DNA of 63,994 nucleotides, filler included, from Octopus bimaculoides (GCF_001194135.2; 8 parts of 7 records of this genome joined end to end with filler, not necessarily neighbours in it), one strand, 5' to 3'; positions 11,111 to 24,215 are shown, counted from the whole stretch's first letter. Notes: generated by a model from the sequence alone, not told the origin. Numbers and translations: made by a program.

Positions 11111-11274
11111 TTAAAAGGTAGAAGATAATTGTATCAAGCTGTAGATATCCAAGAAAGCGTGTTTGGTGTCAATAAGTTCGTTTGCCAGTGAGGCGTGTAA
11201 AAACAATCCCTAATATTTCGGTCTATAAATCTTCGGCGGATATGTAATTTCACCGAAAGGTTATTCTCTTTATA

Positions 11275-11534
11275 AAGTGGTTCTCAAACGGGGTCCATAT
11301 GACACCTAGGGGTCCATTTAAGGTTTTGTTGTTAAAATTTATCTGCAATAAATTGGTTATACTTCTACAATACACAGAACATTTTAACGATTTGTTTGTT
11401 TTTATACAATTCCTAATAATATTTAATGATAAAAATATAATAGGATTTTTTAAACATCAAATGTCTAAGAGTAAAATACTCGAGTAAAATAGGAATCGAA
11501 GAAGTCCATTGATAAAAATGGTCGAGAAACACTA
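11275..11534. mobile_element. hAT/Charlie-like MITE remnant
   Basis: Ends AAGTGGTTCTCAAAC ... GGTCGAGAAACACTA resemble CAGTGGTTCTCAACC TIRs. No clean TSD seen. Confidence 0.4.
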
Positions 11535-11820
11535 TTCTAACGGTAACAATTCTAACATACGTTCAGCAAAACTCTCCTGATATAACCCTCACCTCTTTCC
11601 TCGGATTTTAGAATTAAGGCTCATGTATTCATATTTAAATGTATTCACACAAACTTTAAGGTAACTTTAGATATCCAACTTTAAATATATCCAAACACAT
11701 ATTATTTTGGATACAAATCGCAGAGGCTGACCTTGCTTTTCATGCTTTCGGGGACGATAAAATAAGTATCAGTGTATATATAAATGTACACACGCTTATA
11801 CATACGCACGCACATGCGCG

Positions 11821-11857
<37 letters not shown>

Positions 11858-12749
11858 CTATGCATGTATGTGTGTGTGTATATATATAATAAATAATATA
11901 ATATAATATATATAAACGTATATCTATATATATATATATACATACATACATGCATACATACATACATATATATANNNNNNNNNNNNNNNNNNNNNNNNNN
12001 NNNNNNNNNNNNNNNNNNNNNNNNNNNNNNNNNNNNNNNNNNNNNNNNNNNNNNNNNNNNNNNNNNNNNNNNNNATACATATGTAGACAGATAGATAGAT
12101 AGATATATAGATACATACATACATACATACTTACATACATAATAAGCGTATTTTCATGTATGCGCATACGGATATATGCAGAAATATACATACACATACA
12201 TACTCAGGCACAGACAGACATACAGACACACACATGCACACATAAATGTCTATATATGTACGTATATTTCTATATATGTTAGTAACTGTATATTTGGCTG
12301 TTTGTGTGAGTGTATATGATTTTAAACAAAACTAATTCAGATTCCACAACACTGTAATAGCACGCACGCACACACACACACACACACGCATGTTGACACA
12401 AACACACCCTCCAATAAGCCCATATAGACTACCGGACGAACACACGTCGTACTCTACATATTCCAAAATAAGGCTGGTGGATTGAGCACTTTTACGACAT
12501 ATTCAATAAAACATTTGGCAAATGTAAGGCTTTTATTGACAGAATGGCGAACAATACTTATAAATAATAGATATATGGCGCAGTGTTACAAACTCTTGGT
12601 CTGACTTGCTTATTACCTGTCCGATTCGTCGGCCTACATATATGCACATGTACGCGAGTACATGTGTGTGCTTATATATATATATATATATATATGATGC
12701 AACATACACATATGTATGCAATATATCTATATCTACCTATCTCTCCCCG

Positions 12750-12796
<47 letters not shown>

Positions 12797-13007
12797 CACA
12801 CACATATATGTTGCATAATATATTTAACATGATAATAATCGGGATATTAATACGCTTCTGGGTAGAACAATGACAGACGTTTTATGATTTATTTATTGTG
12901 TCAAACAACGCAGAAGCGGCCTCTATGTAATCAGACACTTCAACAAAAACACAAATGATTCAGCAAAAAGTAAATCAGTGCTTTGTATTGAATAACTTCA
13001 CAGGCAG

Positions 13008-13049
<42 letters not shown>

Positions 13050-13059
13050 NNNNNNNNNN

Positions 13060-13095
<36 letters not shown>

Positions 13096-13371
13096 TGATA
13101 GAGAGAGAGGGGGGATGGCGGGAGAACGAAAGAGACTGTCAGTCAGGCAGACAGACGTTCGGATATGTAGTCACGCTGGCAGACAGACAAGCAGCCAAGA
13201 GAATCAAAGAATATTGAGGAACAGCCGCTCAATTGAAAGTCCTGCTATAAACAGCTAACACAATGGTTATTGTTGGTGCATTTGTGATGTTGGAATATAT
13301 CTAACCTAAATGGTCTCCGACAATGAGATTGCTTATTGTGAATATATATATATACACACACATATGTATAA

Positions 13372-13399
<28 letters not shown>

Positions 13400-13407
<8 letters not shown>

Positions 13408-13595
13408 GGGAGAATATACAAAAAATAACAACAGACGAGGACAGGTGGTGTAAATAACAAAAGTATATATTAGCATGACGCTCGGGAATACGGAAAGTCT
13501 TTGACGTTTCGAGCTACGCTCTTCAACAGAAAGAATACGGAGACAAGGAGAAAAACACGGAGAAAAAAAATTGAATAGTGTTCAGTCAACGGTCA
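13400..13595 (-). mobile_element. PLE terminal-repeat-like element with HHR (family H2)
   Basis: Homologous to about 37890-38100(-) and 58720-59120(+). All three abut microsatellites. Confidence 0.65.
13498..13534 (-). ncRNA. Minimal type I hammerhead ribozyme-like motif (A6>U variant)
   Basis: UCUUU-CUGUUGA-A-GAGC(GUA)GCUC-GAAAC-GUC|AAAGA: 5-bp stem I, 4-bp stem II, palindromic ACGU stem III. Confidence 0.6.
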
Positions 13596-13614
13596 ATATA
13601 TAAATATATATTTA

Positions 13615-13700
<86 letters not shown>

Positions 13701-14021
13701 ACATGAATATATTGAATAATTTGTCAATTTAGAGTTTTGTATTAATATTCTTAGTGAAATGACACTGACATCATTCCGCATTAGAATTATGATGCCGTAG
13801 ATATAGAAAACGGTGTACAGGAGGAAGACTTCCGTTCATTAGTAGTTTTGTCCAGAAAATTGTTGACATTTTTTTCAAAAATAGGCCTTGGTTTCATCTT
13901 ACTTACCGTTTCGTAACTTGATTGTCTGCGCCTTCTCGCGGTCATTATGAACGTACAGTATAAGTAAATACCAAATGAGCGGTACGAATATCTTTTAAAT
14001 GGGATTCGGGGATTTCTTTGG

Positions 14022-14062
<41 letters not shown>

Positions 14063-14553
14063 CTCTGTCGATTACGACGACGAGACTCCCAGCTGATACG
14101 ATCAACGGAACAGCCTGCTCGTGAAATTATCGTGCAAGTGGCTGAGCACTCCACTTTCTATAGCATTGCTATAGAGATGTATTACAGTATTACTGTGATC
14201 CTGAATATATACCATATTGTTATAGTGTTAGTCTACAAACGTAATATTGAATGTTATACAGTATCTACAAACATGTAGGTCATTACGTGATAGCGTGTGT
14301 GTGAGTGCATACGTTTATGTATGTAAATATGTGCGTTTACGCGTACATGCGTACGAGTTTTACAGTATAGAAGAATATGCATATGGACGTTTTGCCAAAT
14401 ATGTACGGAGACAGGTACAAGAATACTGTCTTTCAAGACAAAATTACCGTAGACATAGATTTGAAGCATCATTGTTAACACACCATAAATATACATGCAG
14501 CATACATAAGTTTGTATACTCACACATACGTGTATATATATATATATATATAA

Positions 14554-14592
<39 letters not shown>

Positions 14593-15350
14593 AGAGTATG
14601 TGAATGAATGTATTTATCCATACACACACATGCGCGCACGCATAGACACATACATACATACATACATAATACATACATACATATCTGCAAACTCATTGAA
14701 ATTGCAGACAATTGTTTGTAATGCTTGGCAGGTCAATTCTATGAAACCCAGCAATTAATATAATTAAATGTAATTTAAATTGCTCTAATATATATTTCTG
14801 TATATAGTAATTATGATATAGTTGATCTATGATGTATTAGGTAATCTGTATGGAATCATTTCTTTCTTTCCAAAATGCTTAAACATTTTCATTGCGGCCA
14901 AGCTGTAGCAGTGCTATGAACTCTAATTTTTTTTTTGTTATGCAATAATTGTTTTGCAGAAAATTAAATCTTATTACATGTTGAAATAGTCACATAACCT
15001 TCCATAAGATTTTCTAATCCATATTAAAGAACTATGAACTAATACTATATGTTAACGCACAAAGCAGAAATTGCCCGCACAAACACATAATGAACACAAA
15101 TAAGAAAAATACTTATTCAAAAGCGAAGAGGCATCTCATGTTTCGAATGATGCAGCAATACAGGCTTATGACGATAACACCGGGGAAGTTCTTGAAGCAT
15201 GATTGTATGAATAGATTAAAGGTAGGTATAACTTTCATCACAATGAAATCTTTTAGAGAATGCATGTGTTCATTGCGCGCTTTATTGTAGGTCGCAAAGA
15301 GACACTGATACAACCACCATCGCTGGATTTAATATATATGTACATCTGAA

Positions 15351-15552
15351 GGCGGCGAGCTGGCATAATTGTTAGCACGCGGTATTTCGTCCGTCTTTAT
15401 GGTCTGAGTTCAAATTCTGCCGAGGCCGACTTTACTTTTCAACATTTTCGGTGTCGATAAAGTAACTAACCAGTTGAGTACTCGGATAAATGAATGCAAC
15501 TTACTTTTGTCCCGAAGTTGCTGGCTTTGTCCAATTTTTGAAACCAATATTT
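15351..15552 (+). mobile_element. tRNA-derived SINE family A (GGCGGCGAGCTGGCAGAATCGTTAGCACGCCGGG...GAGTTCAAATTCCGCCGAGGTCGACTTTGCC)
   Basis: A/B-box-like head. Other copies at about 16874-17062, 17093-17310, 20128-20340(-), 20405-20640(-), 22990-23190(-), 25820-26030(-), 27760-27975, 28866-29070(-), 29110-29310(-), 33355-34410 (interrupted), 35200-35415, 37190-37380(-), 50630-50835, 51165-51310, 55074-55280, 59720-59840 and 60050-60520(-, several). Confidence 0.9.
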
Positions 15553-17546
15553 ATTCATCTGTTAAATATTCAGTGAGGGAGTGAGTGAGTGAGGGTGCGA
15601 GTGTGTGGGAGTGAGTGTGTGTGTGTGTGGGAGTGAGTGTGTATGTGGGGGGGAGTGAGTGTGTGTGTGTGTGGGAGTGAGTGTGTGTGTGAGTGGGAGT
15701 GAGTGAGTGGGTGTGTGTGTGCGCGCTGGTTGGTTGGTTGGTTGGTACGTGAAGCTCTTTTCATCAGTTGCTGACTGGTATCACCGCTATCCTCCGGATT
15801 TGATGCTTAACTCCATTGATGATGCAGGGAACCGTAATCATTCATAAGAAACTCAACCAGCAGAAATGATCTACCTATTCCATTTAGGGTAGTTGAAGGA
15901 GGAAACTTGTTTTAGCTGAGCGGAATACAAAATTGCCGTACCTCTTTTCTACAGATCGCATTTTTATTTTCGCATATTTTCAACGATATTTTCATTTCAC
16001 ACACCACATGAAATAGAAAAAGAAATTTAATTTTATAAAAAATATACATATGCATAACTCTACTTCTACATCTCGTTTAACTCGAACACTTAATTTTATT
16101 AATTACTGTCATCGAAAATTATTACTTTTAATTACAATTACGAACTTTTAGCAGTTGACATGTGCTTTTTAAACACATTAATTTATCACTTAGGCCAGTA
16201 GAGGTTTACACTTCTGGTGGCATATAAAAAATAAAATGGAAATATATGTAATTTCTATTCTCTTTTCGTATTTGTAACCAATACGTTATGATTTAAAGGC
16301 GCTCGGTTGCAATTTCAGTTCCAACTACTCTAGGAAGGGACCCTCTTTGAGCGTGTAATTCATAGAAGTAATAATTTGTGGCGTCACTGAATTCGTAGTT
16401 TAGTCTATCCTTGTTAGGTTTTTATTTGAAGGTGTGTTTGACATGAATGTACGCGCGTGTTATTTATGCAGACTTTCGTGTTTTCTGTGAAAGAATGATT
16501 AGCAACTGGTGGATTTACATACACTTTCCTTCAGCTTTCTTGATTTATTAGGTTCCGTGGATAGTATAACGTTCTCCTTTCTCTCTAAGGGATTCGACAT
16601 TCTGGGTATGTCGACTGTTATCCATTTTTGCTTTTTGTTTCTATCTTATGGCAGAAAGAGTGGTAAATCTGAGTATCCATTAAGTATCGGTGCTTTCTGC
16701 CATATGTTCACCTGGTGATAATGACTGGTTCTTAATTCTGTCATTTATCTCTACGTTCACGGTTAGACCAGCTACACAAGTGTTACGTCAACTTGCTAAT
16801 ATATTTGTAACCTTTTCTGTGGTACTGCTTACTCTGAAAATGAGCAAATGATATTAGTATCACCCTGGTTATAAGGCGGTGAGCTGGTGGAATCATTAGC
16901 ATGCTGGGCAAAACACTTAGCAGTATTTCGCTCATCTATACGTCACGAGTTCAAATTCAGCCGATGTCGACTTTAGCTCTCATGTTTTCGGACTAGATAA
17001 AATAAGTACCAGTTGAAGAGTGGGGTCGACTTACTAGATTTAACCCCGTCCCACAAAAGTGCTGGCTTTGAAACCAACATTACCTTGGTTACGAGGCGAC
17101 GAGCTGGCAGAATCGTCAGCACGCCGGGCAAAACGCTTAGCAGAATTTCGTTTGTCTTTACGTCTTGAGTTCAAATTCCACCACGGTCTACTTTACCTTT
17201 CGTCTGTTTTGTGTCAATAAAATAACGATTAGTTGCGTACTGGCGGCGGTGTGGTTCGATGTAATCGACTTATCTTTCCCACGAAATTACGAGCCTTGGG
17301 CCAAAGTTTTAAACTTAGATTACTTTGGGTATAGATTTTTTTTTTTCAATTCAAAGGGATTTGTTTAACCACGTGTATACAGGGTGGACAATTGCTTCTT
17401 GAATGCATAACGTCACAGGGACAGTGAAGAGCATTTTGATATTTAGTTACGTCCCTTTATATTCTTGAGTTCAAAGTTCAAATCCTGCTGAACTCAACTT
17501 TATTTTCCTTGATAAAATAAGTAACAAGAAAATACTTGCGCAGATA

Positions 17547-17778
17547 GGATCTTGTTCAAAACGGGGGCACCAGTATTTTCTTAACGAAACACTTTGAAAC
17601 TTGGGACACTGGTAGAATGTGTCATATAAAACATCTTTTTCTCTTAGTCTTCTTATCAAAAAAACGTACATCGCAAGTTATTTCATGTTAAAGTTGTCGT
17701 ATTTCTGTAATTTCAACCAATGACTGACGACCATTCAGCCGTATACATTAAGTGCTGACTACGTAAACAAACGATTCT
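17547..17778 (+). mobile_element. Truncated left half of the GGATC-MITE family
   Basis: Begins GGATCTTGTTCAAAACGGGGGC and is colinear with about 25140-25375. Confidence 0.8.
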
Positions 17779-18790
17779 CGGCGGTGATAAAATTATTATT
17801 TCCTTGTCAAAAAATGGCTGAAGCATATTGGCAGTAGCTAATAAACCTTTCTATTATAGGCACAAGGCATAGTTTTTTAGGGNNNNNNNNNNNNNNNNNN
17901 NNNNNNNNNNNNNNNNNNNNNNNNNNTTAATTAATTAANNNNNNNNNNNNNNNNNNNNNNNNNNNNNNNNNNNNNNNNNNNNTAGGAAGTTGATAATTGT
18001 TTATTATTAACAGCAAATTAATCATCTTCACTTACAGCTGTTTCAATTAATCCTCAGTATAAATACGTATGAACACTCAGACACACACATGTATATACAC
18101 GCATACACACACATGCATAAATACGTATGCATATTCAGGCACACATGTATATACCCACATAAAATACAGGCATAAATACGTATACAAACTTAAGCACACA
18201 CATGTATATACACTCATACATATATATGCACTATTCGTACCCATCACCCTAGCTGTGCCGATTGACTTGTAACTATAAGCTAATTTACATGATGCTTTAA
18301 TCATATGCGCATACTAATATATGTACCTACCTTTCTTGTACTTACTTGAATGTATGTATATGTATACATGCGCACGTAACTACGTATGCGCACCCGAGTA
18401 TTTGTGTGAATATTTATGTATTCGTGCATATGTGTATATGTATGTATGTAAATCGATATGTGCGCGCGTAACCATAACTCCACATATTTCTAGTAACTAT
18501 TTCGCAGATTATTTAATCAGATATGTAAATGACTTTACATATTTTCCTTTTCCTTGTACTTATGTGAATGTATGCATACACGCACATGCGTAATTAATTA
18601 TGGGTATGTGTAGATAAATTTTAAGCGTGCATATACGTCGACTTGTATTTATGTACATATGTGTATGTATGAATAGATGTACACATGTCTATGTATGTAT
18701 GTGTGTGAGCGTATACCTGTGTATGTATGTATGTATGTCTTCATGAGGTTAACACATCTTCTAATGATATATATATATATAGAGAGAGAG

Positions 18791-19152
18791 AGTTCTATAT
18801 GTAAGAGATGAGGAATTATATACATTATTTACATTTGACGGATATTTGTCCTCGTTTTGTTAGTTGTTAACACAACGGGTATATGGCACAGTGATTGAGA
18901 GCGCGGCTACAAACCCCAAGATTCCGAGTTCGATTCCAGGCAGTGATCTGAATAATAATAATAATAATAAAATATTAATAATAATAATAATGATAATAAT
19001 AATAATATCGAAAAATACCTTAGGAATGAGAACCCAGGTTCGAAATTTCCCCAAGACACCTGATGAAGGTTCGAGGGTATATCAGCCGAAACGTTGTGTT
19101 TACAACAAACAAGATGAAGACAAACATCCGTCAAATATAAATAATATATATA
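18791..19152 (+). mobile_element. tRNA-headed, hammerhead-bearing short retroelement (family H1) with an inverted copy of its tail at the 5' side
   Basis: Head from 18878 with A box TGGCACAGTG and B box GAGTTCGATTCC (18926-18937). HHR at 19055-19100. 18791-18877 is the reverse complement of the tail (compare 32784-32870). Confidence 0.75.
19055..19100 (+). ncRNA. Minimal type I hammerhead ribozyme
   Basis: GACAC-CUGAUGA-A-GGUUC(loop)CAGCC-GAAAC-GUU|GUGUU. Stem I is GACAC/GUGUU and stem III is palindromic ACGU. Confidence 0.7.
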
Positions 19153-20364
19153 NNNNNNNNNNNNNNNNNNNNNNNNNNNNNNNNNNNNNNNNNNNNNNNN
19201 NNNNNNNNNNNNNNNNNNNNNNNNNNNNNNNNNNNNNNNNNNNNNNNNNNNNNNNNNNNNNNNNNNNNNNNNNNNNNNNNNNNNNNNNNNNNNNNNNNNN
19301 NNNNNNNNNNNNNNNNNNNNNNNNNNNNNNNNNNNNNNNNNNNNNNNNNNNNNNNNNNNNNNNNNNNNNNNNNNNNNNNNNNNNNNNNNNNNNNNNNNNN
19401 NNNNNNNNNNNNNNNNNNNNNNNNNNNNNNNNNNNNNNNNNNNNNNNNNNNNNNNNNNNNNNNNNNNNNNNNNNNNNNNNNNNNNNNNNNNNNNNNNNNN
19501 NNNNNNNNNNNNNNNNNNNNNNNNNNNNNNNNNNNNNNNNNNNNNNNNNNNNNNNNNNNNNNNNNNNNNNNNNNNNNNNNNNNNNNNNNNNNNNNNNNNN
19601 NNNNNNNNNNNNNNNNNNNNNNNNNNNNNNNNNNNNNNNNNNNNNNNNNNNNNNNNNNNNNNNNNNNNNNNNNNNNNNNNNNNNNNNNNNNNNNNNNNNN
19701 NNNNNNNNNNNNNNNNNNNNNNNNNNNNNNNNNNNNNNNNNNNNNNNNNNNNNNNNNNNNNNNNNNNNNNNNNNNNNNNNNNNNNNNNNNNNNNNNNNNN
19801 NNNNNNNNNNNNNNNNNNNNNNNNNNNNNNNNNNNNNNNNNNNNNNNNNNNNNNNNNNNNNNNNNNNNNNNNNNNNNNNNNNNNNNNNNNNNNNNNNNNN
19901 NNNNNNNNNNNNNNNNNNNNNNNNNNNNNNNNNNNNNNNNNNNNNNNNNNNNNNNNNNNNNNNNNNNNNNNNNNNNNNNNNNNNNNNNNNNNNATATTAC
20001 AAGTGCCGCGGACCAGTGTACTTCTAACTCGTCAATAGCCTGTTCGTCGTTACAAACTATGCTTGTAATGTTTAAAAGCATTTTTCTTTTTATTCAGAAA
20101 ATTAAACAAAAAAAGAAACAACTGCAACAATAATAATAATGGTTTCAAATTTTGCCAGAAGTACAGCAATTTTGGGAGAGGGAGATAAGTTGATCACAAC
20201 AACAGATATTTATTTTATCGACCCCGAAAGGATGAAAGGCAAAGTTGATCTCGGCGGAATTTGAACTCAGAATGTAAAGACGGACGAAATGCCGCTAAGC
20301 ATTTTGGCCGGTGTGTTAACTCTTCTGCTAGCTCACAGCCTTGATGATGATGATGATGATGATG

Positions 20365-20407
<43 letters not shown>

Positions 20408-20736
20408 TGATGATGATGATGACGATGATTTCAAATTTTGCCACAGGGGCATTTTGGGGGTTGGGGATCGAGTCGACTACATCGACCCCAGTACGTAACT
20501 GGTACTTATTTAATCGACCCCCGAAAAGAGGAAAAGCAAAGTTGACCTCGGCAGAATTTGAACTCAGAACGTACAGGCAGACGAAATACCGCTAAGCATT
20601 TCACCCGACGTGTTAACGATTCTACCTTGTCGCCGCCTTCAATAATAATAATAATAATAATAGTATTAATAATAATAATATTGATAATAATAATAATAAT
20701 AACAATAATAATAATAATAATAATAATAACAACAAC

Positions 20737-20782
<46 letters not shown>

Positions 20783-20861
20783 TGCAGCTGTTTAAAAATA
20801 ACTCAGCAAAACACAAGGCACTTCAAAGAAAAAGACTTTGTTTCATTAGTTTGCTCCTCAC

Positions 20862-20915
20862 CTTCAGGTTGAAAAGCGTTTTTGCATTCTTTATTAGAGT
20901 CCACATAAGTTAAGT
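20862..20915 (-). CDS. Second coding exon of the candidate secreted protein (DLTYVDSNKECKNAFQPE)
   Basis: Acceptor ttttctaattttggcag, donor GAAG|gtgagg, 54 bp, phase 1-1, open frame. Confidence 0.6.
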
Positions 20916-21358
20916 CTGCCAAAATTAGAAAATAACATAGACGCTTTAATGCCAATGTATGGTGTCTAAAAATCAAGGTACATGTGCATGCTATTCGCTT
21001 CCTATTTGCTTTTGTCCAAGTCTCTTGCTAAGTTTTATTCAATCTCGTAGCTTTATGGTACACAGATGAACTTTCATCTTTGTTTCTCTTTGCAACCTAT
21101 ACTTTGTAAACACGTTTGCTTTACTAGTTTACTTTTCCCTTCTTTCTCTCTCACCCTACCTCTTAACACATACACACCATACATACACACGCTCTCACAC
21201 GCACACGCACTTATATAACGGTTCTTTTAAATCTGTTTTCTTTTTCTTAATCATATATGCTGTGCATTTAATAATCAAATACAGGTCTACTATTAATCAT
21301 GATGAACCATGAGGTGAATGAAAATAGCATTTGGAAAATGGGCTCATGTGTTACTTAC

Positions 21359-21428
21359 CTCGAGGCATTGGTGATGCTATATCAATCGTCACTGACATTG
21401 CCATAATGATACAGAATGCAGAATACAT
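21359..21428 (-). CDS. First coding exon, signal-peptide-like (MYSAFCIIMAMSVTIDIASPMPR)
   Basis: Exon 21437-21359 with acceptor taattttag, ATG at 21428 and donor GAG|gtaagt, phase 1. Confidence 0.6.
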
Positions 21429-22219
21429 TTTCAACCTCTAAAATTACATGCATACATAGGACCTCTTTAGTATTTGTATATCTTTTTTAAGCAACATCTA
21501 CATAAAGTACAATGATAAAACACTGATATATGAATTTAAAAACATAAATTCTTGCATTTGCGCGTCGACTCTGGATATCCGCGTCCACGAAGCAGGACAC
21601 GGAGACAATTCATGATTGCAAGCAATATATACACTATATAATCAGTGCTAGCTGGAGATATCGAAAATGGTTGGCAAAGACTGTATGATTCACAAATTCG
21701 GTTTTCAACCATGTGGTTTCGTTTTTAGTCTCAATGGGCACACATAATTTATACATAATGTATGCACAATGACTACATACATACATAAACATACATATAT
21801 AATACATACATACATGCATACAAGCATGCATACATACATATTCATACTAGTGGATTTAGCACAAATTTCATCCTTTAAATTTTCACTCACAAGGCTTGCT
21901 TTCTAACAACACCTGTATATTCGGTCGTAACTCTAAAAGACAAAATACTCAATGAAATGCTCATAATGGTCTGAAGGCATATATCACCGTAGATGGTAAA
22001 CTCTTTCAGCATCTTCTGAAAGAATCGCCCATGGCTTGACACGTTTATGCAATAGAGTGTAGTTCCCTAAGAGAACTGAATGGCTACATCCGCGTTACTC
22101 ATGTTTAAGAGGACAATCAAGCGATGCCATCGCTCGAAATCAACTTGCAGCTATCATGTAGGTTTGTATATATGTACATATATATACTCATATATAGCTA
22201 GCTATATACAGAGAGATAT

Positions 22220-22389
22220 ATGGATAGATAGACAGATAAATAGGTAGATAGATAGATAGATAGATAGATAGATACTCAGACAGACAGGCAGGCAGACAGA
22301 TAGAATGATAGATAAATAAATAGGTAGATAGAGAGAGAGATAGAGAGATAGATAGACAGATACACACAGATAGATAGATAAATAGATAC

Positions 22390-22420
<31 letters not shown>

Positions 22421-22437
22421 CATACATACATACATAC

Positions 22438-22510
<73 letters not shown>
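22220..22510. repeat. (GATA)n/(CATA)n compound microsatellite, representative of many
   Basis: Direct reading. Other large arrays: (TATG)/(TACA) 9458-9553, (GT) 13617-13692, (AAT) 20640-20780, (AC) 22728-22790, TA-rich 24170-24387, (CT) 28132-28222, (GT) 37799-37887, (ATC)/(ATT) 54580-55065. Confidence 0.95.
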
Positions 22511-22726
22511 CATTGTGTATGTGTGTATATATATAAAGCAGGAAATATACGATGCACCTCACCTAAACATTTCCTCTTGTATTTCCTGGTACGCAAATGA
22601 CTATGTTCGTAGGTAAAAATCATGATGCCACCAGCTGTCACAAATGGATATCACTGTAGTTAATTCCTGGGCGTGTTGATTTATATACATACATACTTAC
22701 ATATAGCTATATGTTTGTGTGTTGAG

Positions 22727-22795
<69 letters not shown>

Positions 22796-23257
22796 TATAT
22801 ATATACATACATATCTATATAATGTAGAAATAAGAATCAAGGTTAGGGAAATCAAGTGCACATATACATTTATATTTATTCACTCTTAGACCCAACATGC
22901 ATGAATTTTTCCAAAAGTATATTCAATACATCAAACATATCAAAAATATATAGATACATAAAAATAGAATAATCAATACATTGAAAATATATTCCTTTCT
23001 ACTCTAGGCCCGAAATATTTGGGGAGGGAACCAGTTGATTAGATCGAGCCCATTACGCAACTAGTAATTAATTTACCGACTCCGAAAGAAAAAGTTGGCC
23101 TCGGTGGAATTTGAACTCAGAACGTAGACAGGCGAAATACCGTTAAGCATTTCGCCCGGTGTGCTAACGTTTCTGCCAGCTCGCCACCTTGAAAAAATTG
23201 AAAATAAATACATTAAAAATATATTGAAAAATAAATGCATATACAGGTCGACTTACC

Positions 23258-23605
23258 GATTATAAAACGAAGTCATAAAAGGAGGTAAGAGTTTATAATA
23301 TAAAAAGTTTGGGTGATACTAAGCCAGTTAATAATCCTACAGCCGTTTCTGGGCCCGGTTGTCCAGTCATATAAAAAGACATTTACATCCATTATTGGAC
23401 TCCACCCACTACATATGAGACTTTTTAGAAATTTATTTACCCTGATGAAGGAGGTAGGTGGTGTCCAATAATGGATGTAAATATATTTTATATGACTGGA
23501 CAACCGGACCCCAGGAACGGCTGTAGAATTATTAACTGGCTTAGTAACACCCAAACTTTTTGTCTTATAAACTCCTAACTCTTTTTATGATTTCGTTTTG
23601 TAATC
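23258..23605. repeat. Long inverted repeat (arms about 149 bp, 50-bp spacer)
   Basis: 23258-23406 versus 23457-23605 are reverse complements with scattered mismatches. Confidence 0.85.
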
Positions 23606-24038
23606 TATAAATTGATCTATATATATATTTATTTTTTCAATATATATTTAATGTATATATATATACATATGTTTATATATTTTCATATGTATATTTTTAA
23701 TGTATTGATCACTCTATATATTTTTATATATCTATATATTTTTGATATGCTTGACGTATTGAATATACTTTTGGAGAGATTCATGTATGTTGAGTCTAGG
23801 GCTGAGTAAATATAGATGTATATGTGAACTTGATTTGCTTAAGTTGGATTCTTATTTTTACATTATTCTAACGACTCATGTTTGAATATCTTGAGCACTT
23901 CAAAGTGAAGTTTATGCATTGGAGAAAATCGTTTTCCTTATAGTCATACATACACACATACACACACATATATGCATGTTAATATATATATATGTATACA
24001 TAAATATATATATATATATGTATACATATATATGTATG

Positions 24039-24069
<31 letters not shown>

Positions 24070-24178
24070 NNNNNNNNNNNNNNNNNNNNNNNNNNNNNNN
24101 NNNNNNNNNNNNNTTAATTAATTAANNNNNNNNNNNNNNNNNNNNNNNNNNNNNNNNNNNNNNNNNNNNGTATATATG

Positions 24179-24215
<37 letters not shown>

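Noticed and set aside
16520-16711. Exon-like - strand segment (VNIWQKAPILNG...) between exons of the secreted-protein gene
   Set aside because: It has stops in every phase, including phase 1, so it cannot be an internal exon of the model.
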